Assembly (NCBI GenBank): GCA_964478715.1
Contig: CAYZIY010000001.1
Span: 213,196-277,195, forward strand
Reading direction: 5' to 3'
DNA from: an uncultured Planctomycetales bacterium
GTDB taxonomy: Bacteria > Omnitrophota > Gorgyraeia > Zapsychrales > JBDRMG01
Length of the DNA: 64,000 nucleotides
The position numbers were made by a program, and so were the translations under genes. The notes under the pieces were generated by a model. It did no database searches. It worked only from the letters and a program-made list of their open reading frames with translations, and was not told the origin of the DNA. Of this stretch, positions 8,834 to 18,541 are shown in pieces; the first letter of the stretch is position 1, and the number at the start of each line of letters is the position of its first letter.

Positions 8834-10279
8834 ATGAGCGGTGTATTTGGATTAGTTGCCCGAGAGAATTGTGCCAAGACATTGATGTACGGGACCGATT
8901 ACCATTCGCATCTCGGAACCGAATATGGCGGTCTGGCTGTCTTGGGCAAGGAATTCGATCGTCGGATCCATAATATCGGCCAGACGCAGTTTAAGTCGAA
9001 ATTTTATGATGATTATCACCAGATGGAAGGCCCTAAAGGAATTGGCGTAATCAGCGACTGCGATGAGCAGCCGATTTATCTGGATTCCAAGTTTGGCCCG
9101 TTTTGCATTGTGACGACCGGGTTGATCGAAAATAAACAGGCTCTTAAAGAGGCCTTATTCCATGACGGGTTGTCTTTCAGTGAAATCAGCAAGTATGACG
9201 TCAATGTTCCGGAGTTGATCGCCAAGCTGATTAGCCGGGGCGAGACTCTCGTTGATGGAATTGAGAAAATGTTCGATGTTATCGAGGGCTCCTGTTCGCT
9301 TCTCGTCCTTAATCACGATGGCATTTATGCGGCAAGGGATCGGCGGGGGTACACGCCGCTTGTTATCGGGCAGAAGAGTGACGAGTGGGCGGTGACATCG
9401 GAAACCAATGCTTTTGAAAATCTGCACTTTAAAGTGAAGAAATTTTTACAGCCCGGTGAAATTGTTTTGTTAAACGAACAGGGAATGGCTCAGCAGAGAC
9501 CGGGAGACGGCTGCCAGCAAATCTGCGCTTTTCTTTGGATATATGCAGGTTTTCCGGCATCTGTCTATGAAGGAATCAATGTGGAAACTGTTCGGGAGCG
9601 ATGTGGCCGGGCCCTGGCCAAGAAAGATGACGATATTGATATTGATGTTGTCTCCGGTGTTCCCGACTCAGGGGTGGCGCATGCGATTGGATACGCGCAG
9701 CAATCTCAAAAACCTTACCGTCGGCCGCTGGTCAAATACACGCCCGGTTACGGACGCAGCTACACGCCGCCGTCGCAGGAGACTCGTGATCTGGTGGCTA
9801 CCATGAAATTGATTCCCATTGAGGATATCATCAAGGGCAATAGCATTGTGGTCTGCGAAGATTCGATTGTCCGCGGGACTCAATTGAAGAATTTTACGGT
9901 TAACAAGTTGTGGGAGCGCGGCGCTAAGGAGATCCATGTTCGTCCTGCCTGTCCGCCTTTGATGTTTCCCTGCCGGTTTTGTTTATCGACCAGAAGTATC
10001 AGCGAGCTGGCCGCCCGCAAGGCGATCCGGGCTTTAGAAGGAGAAGATATCGAGGATATTTCCGGTTATCTCGACCCGGAAAAGGACCAATACAAAAAAA
10101 TAGTCGAATGGATCCGCCAGGATTTGAATGTAACGACTTTGCGTTATCAAACCATTGATGATATGGTGAAGGCGATTGGTCTTCCCAAAGAGAAATTGTG
10201 TTTATATTGCTGGAACGGTAAATGTCCGGCGGAAAACAAGAATTGCAACAAACAAGAACATCAAGCCACAACCGTTTAA
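8834..10279 (+). CDS. purF: Amidophosphoribosyltransferase-like protein (Ser at the catalytic Cys1 position)
   Basis: MSGVFG, GVPDSG, EDSIVRGTQ PRPP loop, CPP..PC and CLYC Fe-S ligands. Confidence 0.85.
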   Translation: MSGVFGLVARENCAKTLMYGTDYHSHLGTEYGGLAVLGKEFDRRIHNIGQTQFKSKFYDDYHQMEGPKGIGVISDCDEQPIYLDSKFGPFCIVTTGLIENKQALKEALFHDGLSFSEISKYDVNVPELIAKLISRGETLVDGIEKMFDVIEGSCSLLVLNHDGIYAARDRRGYTPLVIGQKSDEWAVTSETNAFENLHFKVKKFLQPGEIVLLNEQGMAQQRPGDGCQQICAFLWIYAGFPASVYEGINVETVRERCGRALAKKDDDIDIDVVSGVPDSGVAHAIGYAQQSQKPYRRPLVKYTPGYGRSYTPPSQETRDLVATMKLIPIEDIIKGNSIVVCEDSIVRGTQLKNFTVNKLWERGAKEIHVRPACPPLMFPCRFCLSTRSISELAARKAIRALEGEDIEDISGYLDPEKDQYKKIVEWIRQDLNVTTLRYQTIDDMVKAIGLPKEKLCLYCWNGKCPAENKNCNKQEHQATTV

Positions 10280-10297
10280 CTGCAAGGAGGAAAAATC

Positions 10298-11191
10298 ATG
10301 TATATGAACCTTATCTGGGGTATGATTGTGATGATAGTCGGCTTAGCCATGGCTTTTGGCGGCAGGAAGCATCCGGATTTTAATACCAAAGGGCAAAAGG
10401 CGGCCGGCGGTATCGCTGTTTTAGTTGGAATCGTTTTAATTTTATCGAGTTTTATTCGGATTGTGCCGGCCGGGACGGTCGGGGTGGTTGATATTTTCGG
10501 TCAGGTCTCACCCCAAGAGAGAAAATCAGGACTCAATTTCGTCTTTCCTTTTGCCAAATTAGCGATCATGAACGTTAAAACCGAAGAGATCAAAGAAGTC
10601 ATGGTGGTTCCTTCCAAAGAGGGCCTTTCGATCAAGCTGGATGTCTCGATCCTCTACCGCTTGAATCCCAAAGAGGCGAGCAATATTTACAGCACGGTGG
10701 GTTTGGGATACCGCAATATTGTGATTGTTCCGCAGTTTCGTTCGGCCGCGCGGGGCGCAACGGTTGATTATGAAGCCAAAGCGCTTTATACTTCAGGCCG
10801 GACAGAGGTTGCCGAGAAAATTACAACCAATTTGGAGGAGCTTTTAAGCGAGCGGGGAATCATCCTGGAGAAAGCTTTACTGCGTTCCGTAGAACTTCCC
10901 CACACAGTAGCCCAGGCGATCGAGGTCAAATTGAAAGCTGAACAGGAAGCCGAGCAAATGAAATTCGTCCTTTTGAAAGAACGTAAAGAGGCCGAACGAC
11001 GGATTGTCGAGGCCGAAGGGATTTCTAAAGCGCAGGAGATCATCAATAAAACGCTGACACCGTCTTATTTGCAGCATGAGGCGATTCAGGCCCAGATAAA
11101 AATGGCCGACAGTCCGAACCATACGACGGTTTATATTCCTTCAGGCACTAACGGAATTCCCATTGTCCGGACAGTCGAAGAGAATCAATAA
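10298..11191 (+). CDS. SPFH/prohibitin family membrane protein
   Basis: SKEGL, LRSVELP, AIEVKLKAEQEAE, EAEG. Confidence 0.9.
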   Translation: MYMNLIWGMIVMIVGLAMAFGGRKHPDFNTKGQKAAGGIAVLVGIVLILSSFIRIVPAGTVGVVDIFGQVSPQERKSGLNFVFPFAKLAIMNVKTEEIKEVMVVPSKEGLSIKLDVSILYRLNPKEASNIYSTVGLGYRNIVIVPQFRSAARGATVDYEAKALYTSGRTEVAEKITTNLEELLSERGIILEKALLRSVELPHTVAQAIEVKLKAEQEAEQMKFVLLKERKEAERRIVEAEGISKAQEIINKTLTPSYLQHEAIQAQIKMADSPNHTTVYIPSGTNGIPIVRTVEENQ

Positions 11192-11238
11192 AGGAATCAA
11201 CAACAAAAACCGAGAACGGGAACAGAGAAAGGAGTATC

Positions 11239-11820
11239 ATGAACCATTTGATTGTTTACGCCCATCCCAATCCGGAAAGCTTTAATCACGCGATTGTTGA
11301 AGCTTTGAAAAATTCTTTGGAAGAAAAGGAGAATGAAGTAAAAATACGCGATCTTTATAAACTGAAGTTTAGCCCCACGATGACCCAGGAAGAAATGGAA
11401 GCCACAAAAAAGAGTCTCTATGCCGTTGGTGTTCAAAATGAGCATACCGAAATCAAATGGGCCAATATCATTACTTTTATCTACCCCATTTGGTGGGGCG
11501 GGCCTCCGGCTATTCTTAAAGGCTACCTGGATCGTGTTTTGTGTGACGGCTTTGCCTATACCGAAGGCGAAAGCGGAGCCAAGGCGCTTTTGACAGACAA
11601 GAAAGTGTTTACGATCAACACGATTGACGCTCCCGAGGATGTATATCAGAAAAACGAACTATTTAAATCCATGGATTTGATCTGGGATAAGATCACGCTT
11701 CCCTTTGCCGGCATTGAGCCGATCGGCCATAAATATTTTTCATCCGTTTCTTCCTCAAGTGATGAGGACCGCAAAAAAATGCTGGAAGAGGTGGGCGCGC
11801 TGGCGGATCAACTCAAATAA
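11239..11820 (+). CDS. Flavodoxin-like NAD(P)H oxidoreductase (KefF/MdaB family)
   Basis: AHPNPESFN, YPIWWGGPPAILKGYLDRV. Confidence 0.9.
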   Translation: MNHLIVYAHPNPESFNHAIVEALKNSLEEKENEVKIRDLYKLKFSPTMTQEEMEATKKSLYAVGVQNEHTEIKWANIITFIYPIWWGGPPAILKGYLDRVLCDGFAYTEGESGAKALLTDKKVFTINTIDAPEDVYQKNELFKSMDLIWDKITLPFAGIEPIGHKYFSSVSSSSDEDRKKMLEEVGALADQLK

Positions 11821-11948
11821 AAAGACCGCCACTTCAGCCGGGGTGCCCTATCGAAAGGTTTTCTTTCTCTTTTTATTTCCGCATGCTGGAATCACCAGAG
11901 GTCCATTTCCTGATGGAAAGAGTAGAACTAAAGAGGCCGGGAAAAATA

Positions 11949-11979
11949 TTGACATAAGATTAGAATATGCTAATATACT
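11949..11979 (+). promoter_or_regulatory. Promoter overlapped by a palindromic putative ArsR operator
   Basis: TTGACA...TAATATACT; ATTAGAATATGCTAAT near-palindrome at 11959-11974; ATG at 11985 without SD. Confidence 0.65.
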
Positions 11980-11984
11980 AATAT

Positions 11985-12290
11985 ATGAAAACCAAAATTT
12001 TATCCACTTCTCAACTGGAAACGGCCTCTATTATGCTTAAGGCGGTCGCCCATCCTCTGCGGCTTGAGATCCTCAGACAGCTTAAACAGGAGCCATTGCT
12101 GACGGTGACGGAAATTCAAAAAAGAATCGGCGCCGGTCAATCAATGACATCGCAACATCTTAAAGAACTGAAATCCTGCCGGATTGTGGCCAGCCAAAAG
12201 GAGGGGAATATTCGGCATTACTATTTAGAGAATAGAGATGTCTTGAAGTTGCTTCGTTGTGTCGAAGATTGCTGCCGGAAAAAGAAATAA
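11985..12290 (+). CDS. ArsR/SmtB family repressor with C-terminal Cys cluster
   Basis: LKAVAHPLRLEIL, SQHLKEL, CVEDCC. Confidence 0.9.
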   Translation: MKTKILSTSQLETASIMLKAVAHPLRLEILRQLKQEPLLTVTEIQKRIGAGQSMTSQHLKELKSCRIVASQKEGNIRHYYLENRDVLKLLRCVEDCCRKKK

Positions 12291-12308
12291 AAAAAGGAGA
12301 AGAGAACA

Positions 12309-14834
12309 ATGATCCGACGTTTGACAGAATTGGCTCTAAAGTATCCGAAGATTGTTATGGGGCTGACTGTTTTGTGTGTGGTTCTGGCTGCCTTTCAATA
12401 TCCCAAAATCAAGGTTGATACTGATCCGGAGAACATGCTTCCGGATGATGCGACCGTGCGTGTTTTTCACCATGAAGTTAAAGAAGAATTCGAACTTTAC
12501 GATTTGATTGTGGTGGGGATTGTCAACCGGAAGCATCCGTTGGGGGTTTTTAATGTCCAGACCCTGGGTCATGTTTATGAAATCACAGAAGAAATTAAAA
12601 AGATCGATGGTGTGATTAGCCAGCAAATCATTGCTCCATCGACCAAAGATAATATCGAGCAGGCCGGTATGGGGGCCGTCAAATTCAATTGGCTGATGGA
12701 TGAACCACCTCAAACGGCCGATGAGGCTTTGAGAATTCGCGATGAAGCCCGCGATCATCCCATCTTTGAGGGAACCGTCGTCAGCCATGACGGGCGGGCG
12801 CTGGCGCTTTATATTCCTATCGAGAAAAAAGATTTAAGCTATGAGATTGCCGAGAAAATCAGAGACATTGTGTCCAATTATTCAAAGGAGAGCGAATATC
12901 ATATCACCGGCTTACCCGTGGCCGAGGACCAATTTGGCGTGGAGATGTTTAAGCAGATGGCGATATCCGCCCCCTTGGCGGGTCTGGTTATCTTTCTTCT
13001 CATGTGGATTTTTTTCCGTTCGGCGGCCCTGATTACCGCTCCTATGATTGTGGCGGTAGCTACGGTTTTGATCACAATGGGTCTTCTGATCGGATTCGGG
13101 TTCCCTGTTCATATTATGAGTTCCATGATCCCCATTTTCCTGATGCCGATTGCGGTTTTGGATTCGGTTCATATTCTCAGCGAGTTTTTCGATAAATACA
13201 AACAAATCAGTGACCGCCGAAAGACAATGGTCCATGTGATCGAGGAACTGTTTTCGCCCATGCTTTTTACTTCCCTGACATCGGCTGCCGGATTTTTCTC
13301 GCTTTCTTTTTCACCCATTCCTCCGGTGCAGGTTTTTGGCGTCTTTGTGGCGATTGGGATTCTTTTAGCCTGGATTCTAACGATTACTCTCATTCCAGCA
13401 TATGTGATGTTGCTTCCTGAGAGAATCTTTCATCATTTCGGGAAAAAAGAAAACACGGAGAAATCCACGTTCATGGATCGTATTCTTAAGACCACAAAAA
13501 GAATCACAGTCACAAAGACCAAGCCTGTCCTTGCGATCAGCATGATCATTATGATTTTGTCTTTTTATGGCATCAGCCAAATTCGGGTGAATGATAATCC
13601 GGTTCGCTGGTTTACTCCCGGGCATCCGATCCGGGTGGCCGACCGCGTGCTGAATCATCATTTCGCCGGGACCTATCAGGCCTATTTGGTGATGGAAGCG
13701 AAAGACAAAGAGGCCGAGGTTTTTATCAGACCCCAGATGTTGAAATATGTTGAGGATCTTCAAAAAGCGCTGCGCCAGGAAGGTCTGGCCGGCAAGTCCA
13801 TGACGTTAACCGATATCGTTAAAAAAGTGTATTATGAATTGCTAGGCGGAGATAGAAAGAATAGCGTGATTCCCGATTCGAAGGCGGCCGTGGCCCAATG
13901 CCTGATCTCCTTTGAAAATTCCCATCAGCCCGATGATCTGTGGCATTTTACTACACCCGATTATTCCAAGCTCAATATCTGGTTGCAGCTTAAAAGCGGT
14001 GACAACAGGGATATGGATCGCGTGAGTCGTTTTGTCGATCGCTATATAGAGGAAAACAAACCGCCTTTCAAAATAAAGTACGATTGGGCCGGATTGACCT
14101 ATATCAATGTGGTCTGGCAGGACAATATGGTGAAAGGGATGCTCAAGAATTTTCTGGGGAGTTTTGTGATTGTGCTTTTTATGATGCTGTTTTTATTCCG
14201 ATCCCCGATCAAGGCCTTGATTTCGATGGTCCCTTTGACCGTGACGATTCTTTTTATTTACAGTTTATTGGGATTTCTTGGCAAAGATTATGATATGCCG
14301 GTAGCCGTCTTGTCGGCTCTGACTCTGGGGCTTTCCATTGATTTTGCGATTCATTTTATTCAGCGTTCCATTGAGATCCACCAGCAGAAAGGAAGCTGGG
14401 AAGACACCGCCACAGAGATGTTCACCGGTCCCGGACGGGCTATTTTACGAAACGCCTTGGTCGTGGCAATTGGATTTCTTCCGCTTTTGGCCGCGCCCTT
14501 AATGCCGTATAAAACCGTCGGTTTTTTTATGTTTATGATCATGGCTGTCTCGTCGGTGGCAACTCTATTTATTTTACCGGCGATTATTTCCGTGAATCCC
14601 AAAATGGTCTTTGATATTTCTAAAAAGGCGTTGGGGTGCCGTTGCGGACACTGTATTCTGATCGGGCTCTTTGTGGCCACGGCGGTGGCTTATGTTTTAT
14701 TAGGTTATACGACCGCGCATTGGAGCTGGACGACTTATTCGACAATCGCGGTGATTGTTGTTTTCAGTGCCCTGTGTCATTTTGCTTCAAAACGAAAAAA
14801 ATGCTTAACGCAAGGAGGAGACAATGAAGATTAA
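12309..14834 (+). CDS. MMPL/RND family transporter
   Basis: Two RND halves; IAVLDSVH, GLSIDFAIH; extra C-terminal CRCGHC plus 2 TM. Confidence 0.9.
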   Translation: MIRRLTELALKYPKIVMGLTVLCVVLAAFQYPKIKVDTDPENMLPDDATVRVFHHEVKEEFELYDLIVVGIVNRKHPLGVFNVQTLGHVYEITEEIKKIDGVISQQIIAPSTKDNIEQAGMGAVKFNWLMDEPPQTADEALRIRDEARDHPIFEGTVVSHDGRALALYIPIEKKDLSYEIAEKIRDIVSNYSKESEYHITGLPVAEDQFGVEMFKQMAISAPLAGLVIFLLMWIFFRSAALITAPMIVAVATVLITMGLLIGFGFPVHIMSSMIPIFLMPIAVLDSVHILSEFFDKYKQISDRRKTMVHVIEELFSPMLFTSLTSAAGFFSLSFSPIPPVQVFGVFVAIGILLAWILTITLIPAYVMLLPERIFHHFGKKENTEKSTFMDRILKTTKRITVTKTKPVLAISMIIMILSFYGISQIRVNDNPVRWFTPGHPIRVADRVLNHHFAGTYQAYLVMEAKDKEAEVFIRPQMLKYVEDLQKALRQEGLAGKSMTLTDIVKKVYYELLGGDRKNSVIPDSKAAVAQCLISFENSHQPDDLWHFTTPDYSKLNIWLQLKSGDNRDMDRVSRFVDRYIEENKPPFKIKYDWAGLTYINVVWQDNMVKGMLKNFLGSFVIVLFMMLFLFRSPIKALISMVPLTVTILFIYSLLGFLGKDYDMPVAVLSALTLGLSIDFAIHFIQRSIEIHQQKGSWEDTATEMFTGPGRAILRNALVVAIGFLPLLAAPLMPYKTVGFFMFMIMAVSSVATLFILPAIISVNPKMVFDISKKALGCRCGHCILIGLFVATAVAYVLLGYTTAHWSWTTYSTIAVIVVFSALCHFASKRKKCLTQGGDNED

Positions 14835-15609
14835 TTATATGATTTTGGGTTTATGCGCACTGCTTTTCCTTTCTCCAAATGCCTGGGCTCTCAGTGCGGA
14901 TGAAATTGTTGAGAAGGCTAACCTGGTTTCTTACTATGCGGGCCAAGACGGAAGCAGTCAGGTGGCTATGACGATCACCGATTCGCGAGGCCGCCAGAGA
15001 AACCGGGAGTTTGCCATTCTTCGAATGAATGTTGAGCGAGGAGGTAAACAGAAGTTTTATGTTTATTTCCATCAACCCGCTGATGTAGCTCGAATGGTGT
15101 ATATGGTCTGGAAACATATCGGTCAGGATGATGACCGCTGGCTTTATCTGCCCGCTTTGGATTTGGTGCGGCGTATTGCGGCCAGCGATAAACGCTCGAG
15201 TTTTGTCGGCTCTCATTTTGTATATGAGGATGTTTCGGGCCGCTCCCCCGAAGCTGATACGCATGAACTGGTTGAAGAAACCGATACAAGCTATCAACTA
15301 AAGAATATTCCCAAAGACAAAAAAAATGTCGAGTTTGCCTACTATTTTGTCTGGGTTGACAAAGACAACTTCATGCCCATGAAGGCCGAATACTATAATG
15401 ATCAGGATGAGTTGATTCGGACTATTGAGGCGCTTGAGGTGAAAGAAATCGAAGGATATCCGACGGTGGTTAAGTCTAAAGTCACGGATCAACTGCGCGA
15501 GGGGCACACGGTGATGGAATTTTCGCAGATTGATTATGATGTGGGTTTAGAGGACAAACTCTTTCAGGAGAGATATCTGAGGCGGCCGCCAGCGAAATGG
15601 ATCAGATAA
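14824..15609 (+). CDS. Outer-membrane lipoprotein-sorting (LolA-like) periplasmic protein
   Basis: Signal peptide; DDRWLYLPALDLVRRI, SFVGSHFVYED. Confidence 0.85.
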   Translation: MKINYMILGLCALLFLSPNAWALSADEIVEKANLVSYYAGQDGSSQVAMTITDSRGRQRNREFAILRMNVERGGKQKFYVYFHQPADVARMVYMVWKHIGQDDDRWLYLPALDLVRRIAASDKRSSFVGSHFVYEDVSGRSPEADTHELVEETDTSYQLKNIPKDKKNVEFAYYFVWVDKDNFMPMKAEYYNDQDELIRTIEALEVKEIEGYPTVVKSKVTDQLREGHTVMEFSQIDYDVGLEDKLFQERYLRRPPAKWIR

Positions 15610-15610
15610 G

Positions 15611-16894
15611 ATGGTGTCGATGAAATTGAAAATCATTATTTTATTTCTATTTGCTTTTTTCTTTCAGGCCAAGGCCTATGGCCAGCTGCCGCGGTTTCAC
15701 GGGTTTGTTGAAGGGGCGTATGGCGTGAAGGTCAGCGATGACAAGACCAAGCGTGATGATTTCAATATGCTGGAAGGACGTTTGCAGTTGAAATTCACCC
15801 ACTTTATCGAAGGAGAAAATTGGCTGGCAGAGAAAGGGGGGATTCTAAATTTCAAAGGCGATTTTACCGTGGATGGATATTTCGATGGGGCCACTGATTT
15901 TGAACTGCGCGAGATGAATATTTTGTTTTCTCCTTTTGATTTCATGGATGCCAAGCTGGGTCGGCAGATTCTGACCTGGGGGACCGGTGATTATCTGTTT
16001 ATCAACGACATGTTTCCTAAAGACTATGTGTCTTTTTTTATCGGCCGCCAGGACGAATATCTTAAAAAACCCTCCGATGCGCTGAAATTTTCTTTTTATC
16101 CCGAAGCCTTTAATCTGGATTTTGTGGTGATTCCTTATTTTACGCCCAATACACATGCCAAGGGTGATCGATTGTCGTTTTTTGACAGTTTTCAAGGCGG
16201 GATCGCCGGGGTTAATTCCGACCGCCATCTGGTTTCGCCTTCATTCCAGATGTCGAATAATGAATATGCGCTTCGGATCTATCGGAATTTTGGCGCTACC
16301 GAAGGGGCGTTTTATTATTTTCGCGGATATGATAAATCACCGCGCAGTTATCAGGATGAGGCGGCCAGAAAATTATATTATGAGCGGCTGGATGTTTACG
16401 GGGCGAGCGTGCGCGGGGCCCTTGCCGGCGGCATTGCCAATGCGGAGATTGGATATCAATATTCGCGCGAGGATTCCAGCGGGACGGATCGTCTTATTGC
16501 CAATTCGTTTTTTAAGGCCATGGCCGGTTACAGCAAAGATTTAGGCAATGATCTGAGGATAGGATTCCAATATCTATTTGAACAGCGGCTCAACTATGAT
16601 GATTATGAAGAGAATTTACTTTCACAGGATTTCCGCTTTGATGAGTTCCGTCATCTTTTGACCAATCGAATTACCAAGCTTTACAAAAATCAGACCGTTA
16701 CCGTTTCTTTATTTACATTCTACTCACCATCGGATCGTGACGGGTATGTGCGCCCCAGCGTATCTTATGACCTGACCGATCAGTGGACATTGACCGGCGG
16801 GGCGAATATTCCCTGGGGCGAGGACGATTTAACCGAGTTCGGCCAGATGAAGAAAAATAAGAATGTGTATGTGCGGGTGCGATACAGTTTTTAA
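15611..16894 (+). CDS. Putative outer-membrane beta-barrel (DUF1302-like)
   Basis: Signal peptide; LGRQILTWG; C-terminal VRVRYSF beta-signal. Confidence 0.75.
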   Translation: MVSMKLKIIILFLFAFFFQAKAYGQLPRFHGFVEGAYGVKVSDDKTKRDDFNMLEGRLQLKFTHFIEGENWLAEKGGILNFKGDFTVDGYFDGATDFELREMNILFSPFDFMDAKLGRQILTWGTGDYLFINDMFPKDYVSFFIGRQDEYLKKPSDALKFSFYPEAFNLDFVVIPYFTPNTHAKGDRLSFFDSFQGGIAGVNSDRHLVSPSFQMSNNEYALRIYRNFGATEGAFYYFRGYDKSPRSYQDEAARKLYYERLDVYGASVRGALAGGIANAEIGYQYSREDSSGTDRLIANSFFKAMAGYSKDLGNDLRIGFQYLFEQRLNYDDYEENLLSQDFRFDEFRHLLTNRITKLYKNQTVTVSLFTFYSPSDRDGYVRPSVSYDLTDQWTLTGGANIPWGEDDLTEFGQMKKNKNVYVRVRYSF

Positions 16895-16920
16895 TTGCTC
16901 AATAAGAAAGGAAAAAGGAC

Positions 16921-17100
16921 ATGGAAAAAATACTGCGAGGGATCGCCGGAACATTTATTATTATCAGTGTAGTTCTGGCTTATTATGTGGATGAGCGCTG
17001 GCTGTTGTTTACACTTTTTGTGGGAGTGAATCTTTTTCAGTCTGCTTTTACGAACTGGTGTCCGATGATGGCAATTTTAAGGAAACTGGGAATAAAATAA
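16921..17100 (+). CDS. Unannotated 59-aa DUF2892/YgaP-like membrane protein
   Basis: Manual translation MEKILRGIAG...FVGVNLFQSAFTNWCPMMAILRKLGIK*; AAGGA upstream. Confidence 0.85.
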   Translation: MEKILRGIAGTFIIISVVLAYYVDERWLLFTLFVGVNLFQSAFTNWCPMMAILRKLGIK

Positions 17101-17103
17101 AAT

Positions 17104-17133
17104 TTGACTAATTGAAAGAGAAGTTTTTATAAT
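17104..17133 (+). promoter_or_regulatory. Sigma70 promoter for dfx
   Basis: TTGACT-18-TATAAT. Confidence 0.55.
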
Positions 17134-17183
17134 AACATCTTAAGCATCATAGAAATAAAATCCAGCAAAAAGAGGAGGCAGTT

Positions 17184-17573
17184 ATGATTGAAAAAAAGAG
17201 AATTTACAAATGCGAGAAGTGCGGCAATGTGGTCGAGTCGCTGTGGAACGGGAAACCGGATATTTCCTGCTGCGGTCAGGTGATGAAGGCTCTTGAGCCC
17301 AATACGGTGGATGCCGCTAAGGAAAAACACGTTCCGGTGATCGAAAGAAACGGTAATCAGGTGACCGTGAAGATCGGAAGCGAGCCTCATCCGATGACCG
17401 GTGAACATTATATTCTTTGCGTGGAATTGCTCTGCGGCGATCAAGTGTATCGTTATGATTTCAAAGAAGGCGACACTAAGGCGGAGGCAACCTTTCTGAT
17501 TGATGAGAAAGAAACGAATTTAAAGGCTCGTGAGTTTTGTAATTTGCACGGACTCTGGGCCACGGCAAAATAA
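17184..17573 (+). CDS. dfx: Desulfoferrodoxin (superoxide reductase)
   Basis: YKCEKCGN, CCGQ, EKHVP, HPM..HYI, CNLHG. Confidence 0.93.
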   Translation: MIEKKRIYKCEKCGNVVESLWNGKPDISCCGQVMKALEPNTVDAAKEKHVPVIERNGNQVTVKIGSEPHPMTGEHYILCVELLCGDQVYRYDFKEGDTKAEATFLIDEKETNLKAREFCNLHGLWATAK

Positions 17574-17581
17574 GAAAACCA

Positions 17582-18382
17582 GTGACAGTTCCCTCTTTTC
17601 AGTATCTTTTCGGTCCAGTGTATTCCTGGCGTCTCGGTATTTCTTTAGGGATTGATCCGATCTCCTGTGGTGAGAAAGTCTGTAACTTTGACTGTTTGTA
17701 TTGTCAATTGGGCCGCACGACTAAGCCGCAGCAAGTTCGAAAAGTTTTTGTTTCCACGGAAAAGATCATTCACGAAATTCAGCACCTGCCGAATATACAG
17801 ATTGATTATTTGACATTTTCTTCGCGCGGGGAGCCCACCTTGGCCGAAAATCTCGGTGAGATAATCCGGGAAATCCGTAGCATCCGCTCAGAGAAAATCG
17901 CGGTTATCACCAATGCCTCTTTGATGCATTTAGAAGAGGTCAAGGGGGATCTGCTGGGCATTGATCACTGCATGGCCAAGCTGGATGCCTGCACTCAAGA
18001 TTTGCTTTTTTCCGTGAACCGGCCGGTGCACGCCCTTCAATTAAACCGGATCATCGAGGGTCTGAAAGAATTTCGCAAAAAATTTCAAGGGAAGCTTTCT
18101 CTGCAGGTGATGTTAATTCAGGAAAATAAAGATTATGCCAAAGAGATCGCGCAGATGATCGGCGTGATTGGCGCCGATGAAATTCAACTCAATACACCTT
18201 TGCGTCCGTCTAATTCCCGGCCTTTGTTCGAGGGGGAATTAAGGCAAATCCAGAAATATTTTTCCCATCTTCCTGTCGTTAATGTTTACGATAAAGAGCG
18301 TAAAGAAATTGCACCCCTCGATTCCCGGGCCACAGCCCGACGACATGGCTCATTTTCAGCGGGCGATCAAGAAAAATCATAA
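17582..18382 (+). CDS. Radical SAM protein (COG0731-like)
   Basis: FGPVYSWRLGISLGID, CNFDCLYCQ, GEPTL. Confidence 0.85.
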   Translation: MTVPSFQYLFGPVYSWRLGISLGIDPISCGEKVCNFDCLYCQLGRTTKPQQVRKVFVSTEKIIHEIQHLPNIQIDYLTFSSRGEPTLAENLGEIIREIRSIRSEKIAVITNASLMHLEEVKGDLLGIDHCMAKLDACTQDLLFSVNRPVHALQLNRIIEGLKEFRKKFQGKLSLQVMLIQENKDYAKEIAQMIGVIGADEIQLNTPLRPSNSRPLFEGELRQIQKYFSHLPVVNVYDKERKEIAPLDSRATARRHGSFSAGDQEKS

Positions 18383-18442
18383 ATATTGCATACTTTTGAA
18401 ATAGAGACAGATGTGTGACAAAGGGCTAATTTCTTGTCGATA

Positions 18443-18495
18443 GCACAATATGTTGTATAAAATTACTTGACAATCACAATATATAGTACTAGAAT
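18443..18495 (+). promoter_or_regulatory. Tandem NrdR boxes and nrdJ promoter
   Basis: GCACAATATGTTGTAT (18443) and TCACAATATATAGTAC (18474), 31 bp apart; TTGACA-17-TAGAAT. Confidence 0.85.
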
Positions 18496-18541
18496 TTCGT
18501 TTACACAAATGCCACACACCCAAAAGAGAAGGAGGCCGTCC

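Noticed and set aside
18383-18541. Cobalamin riboswitch before nrdJ
   Set aside because: No B12-box; the region is explained by NrdR boxes and the promoter
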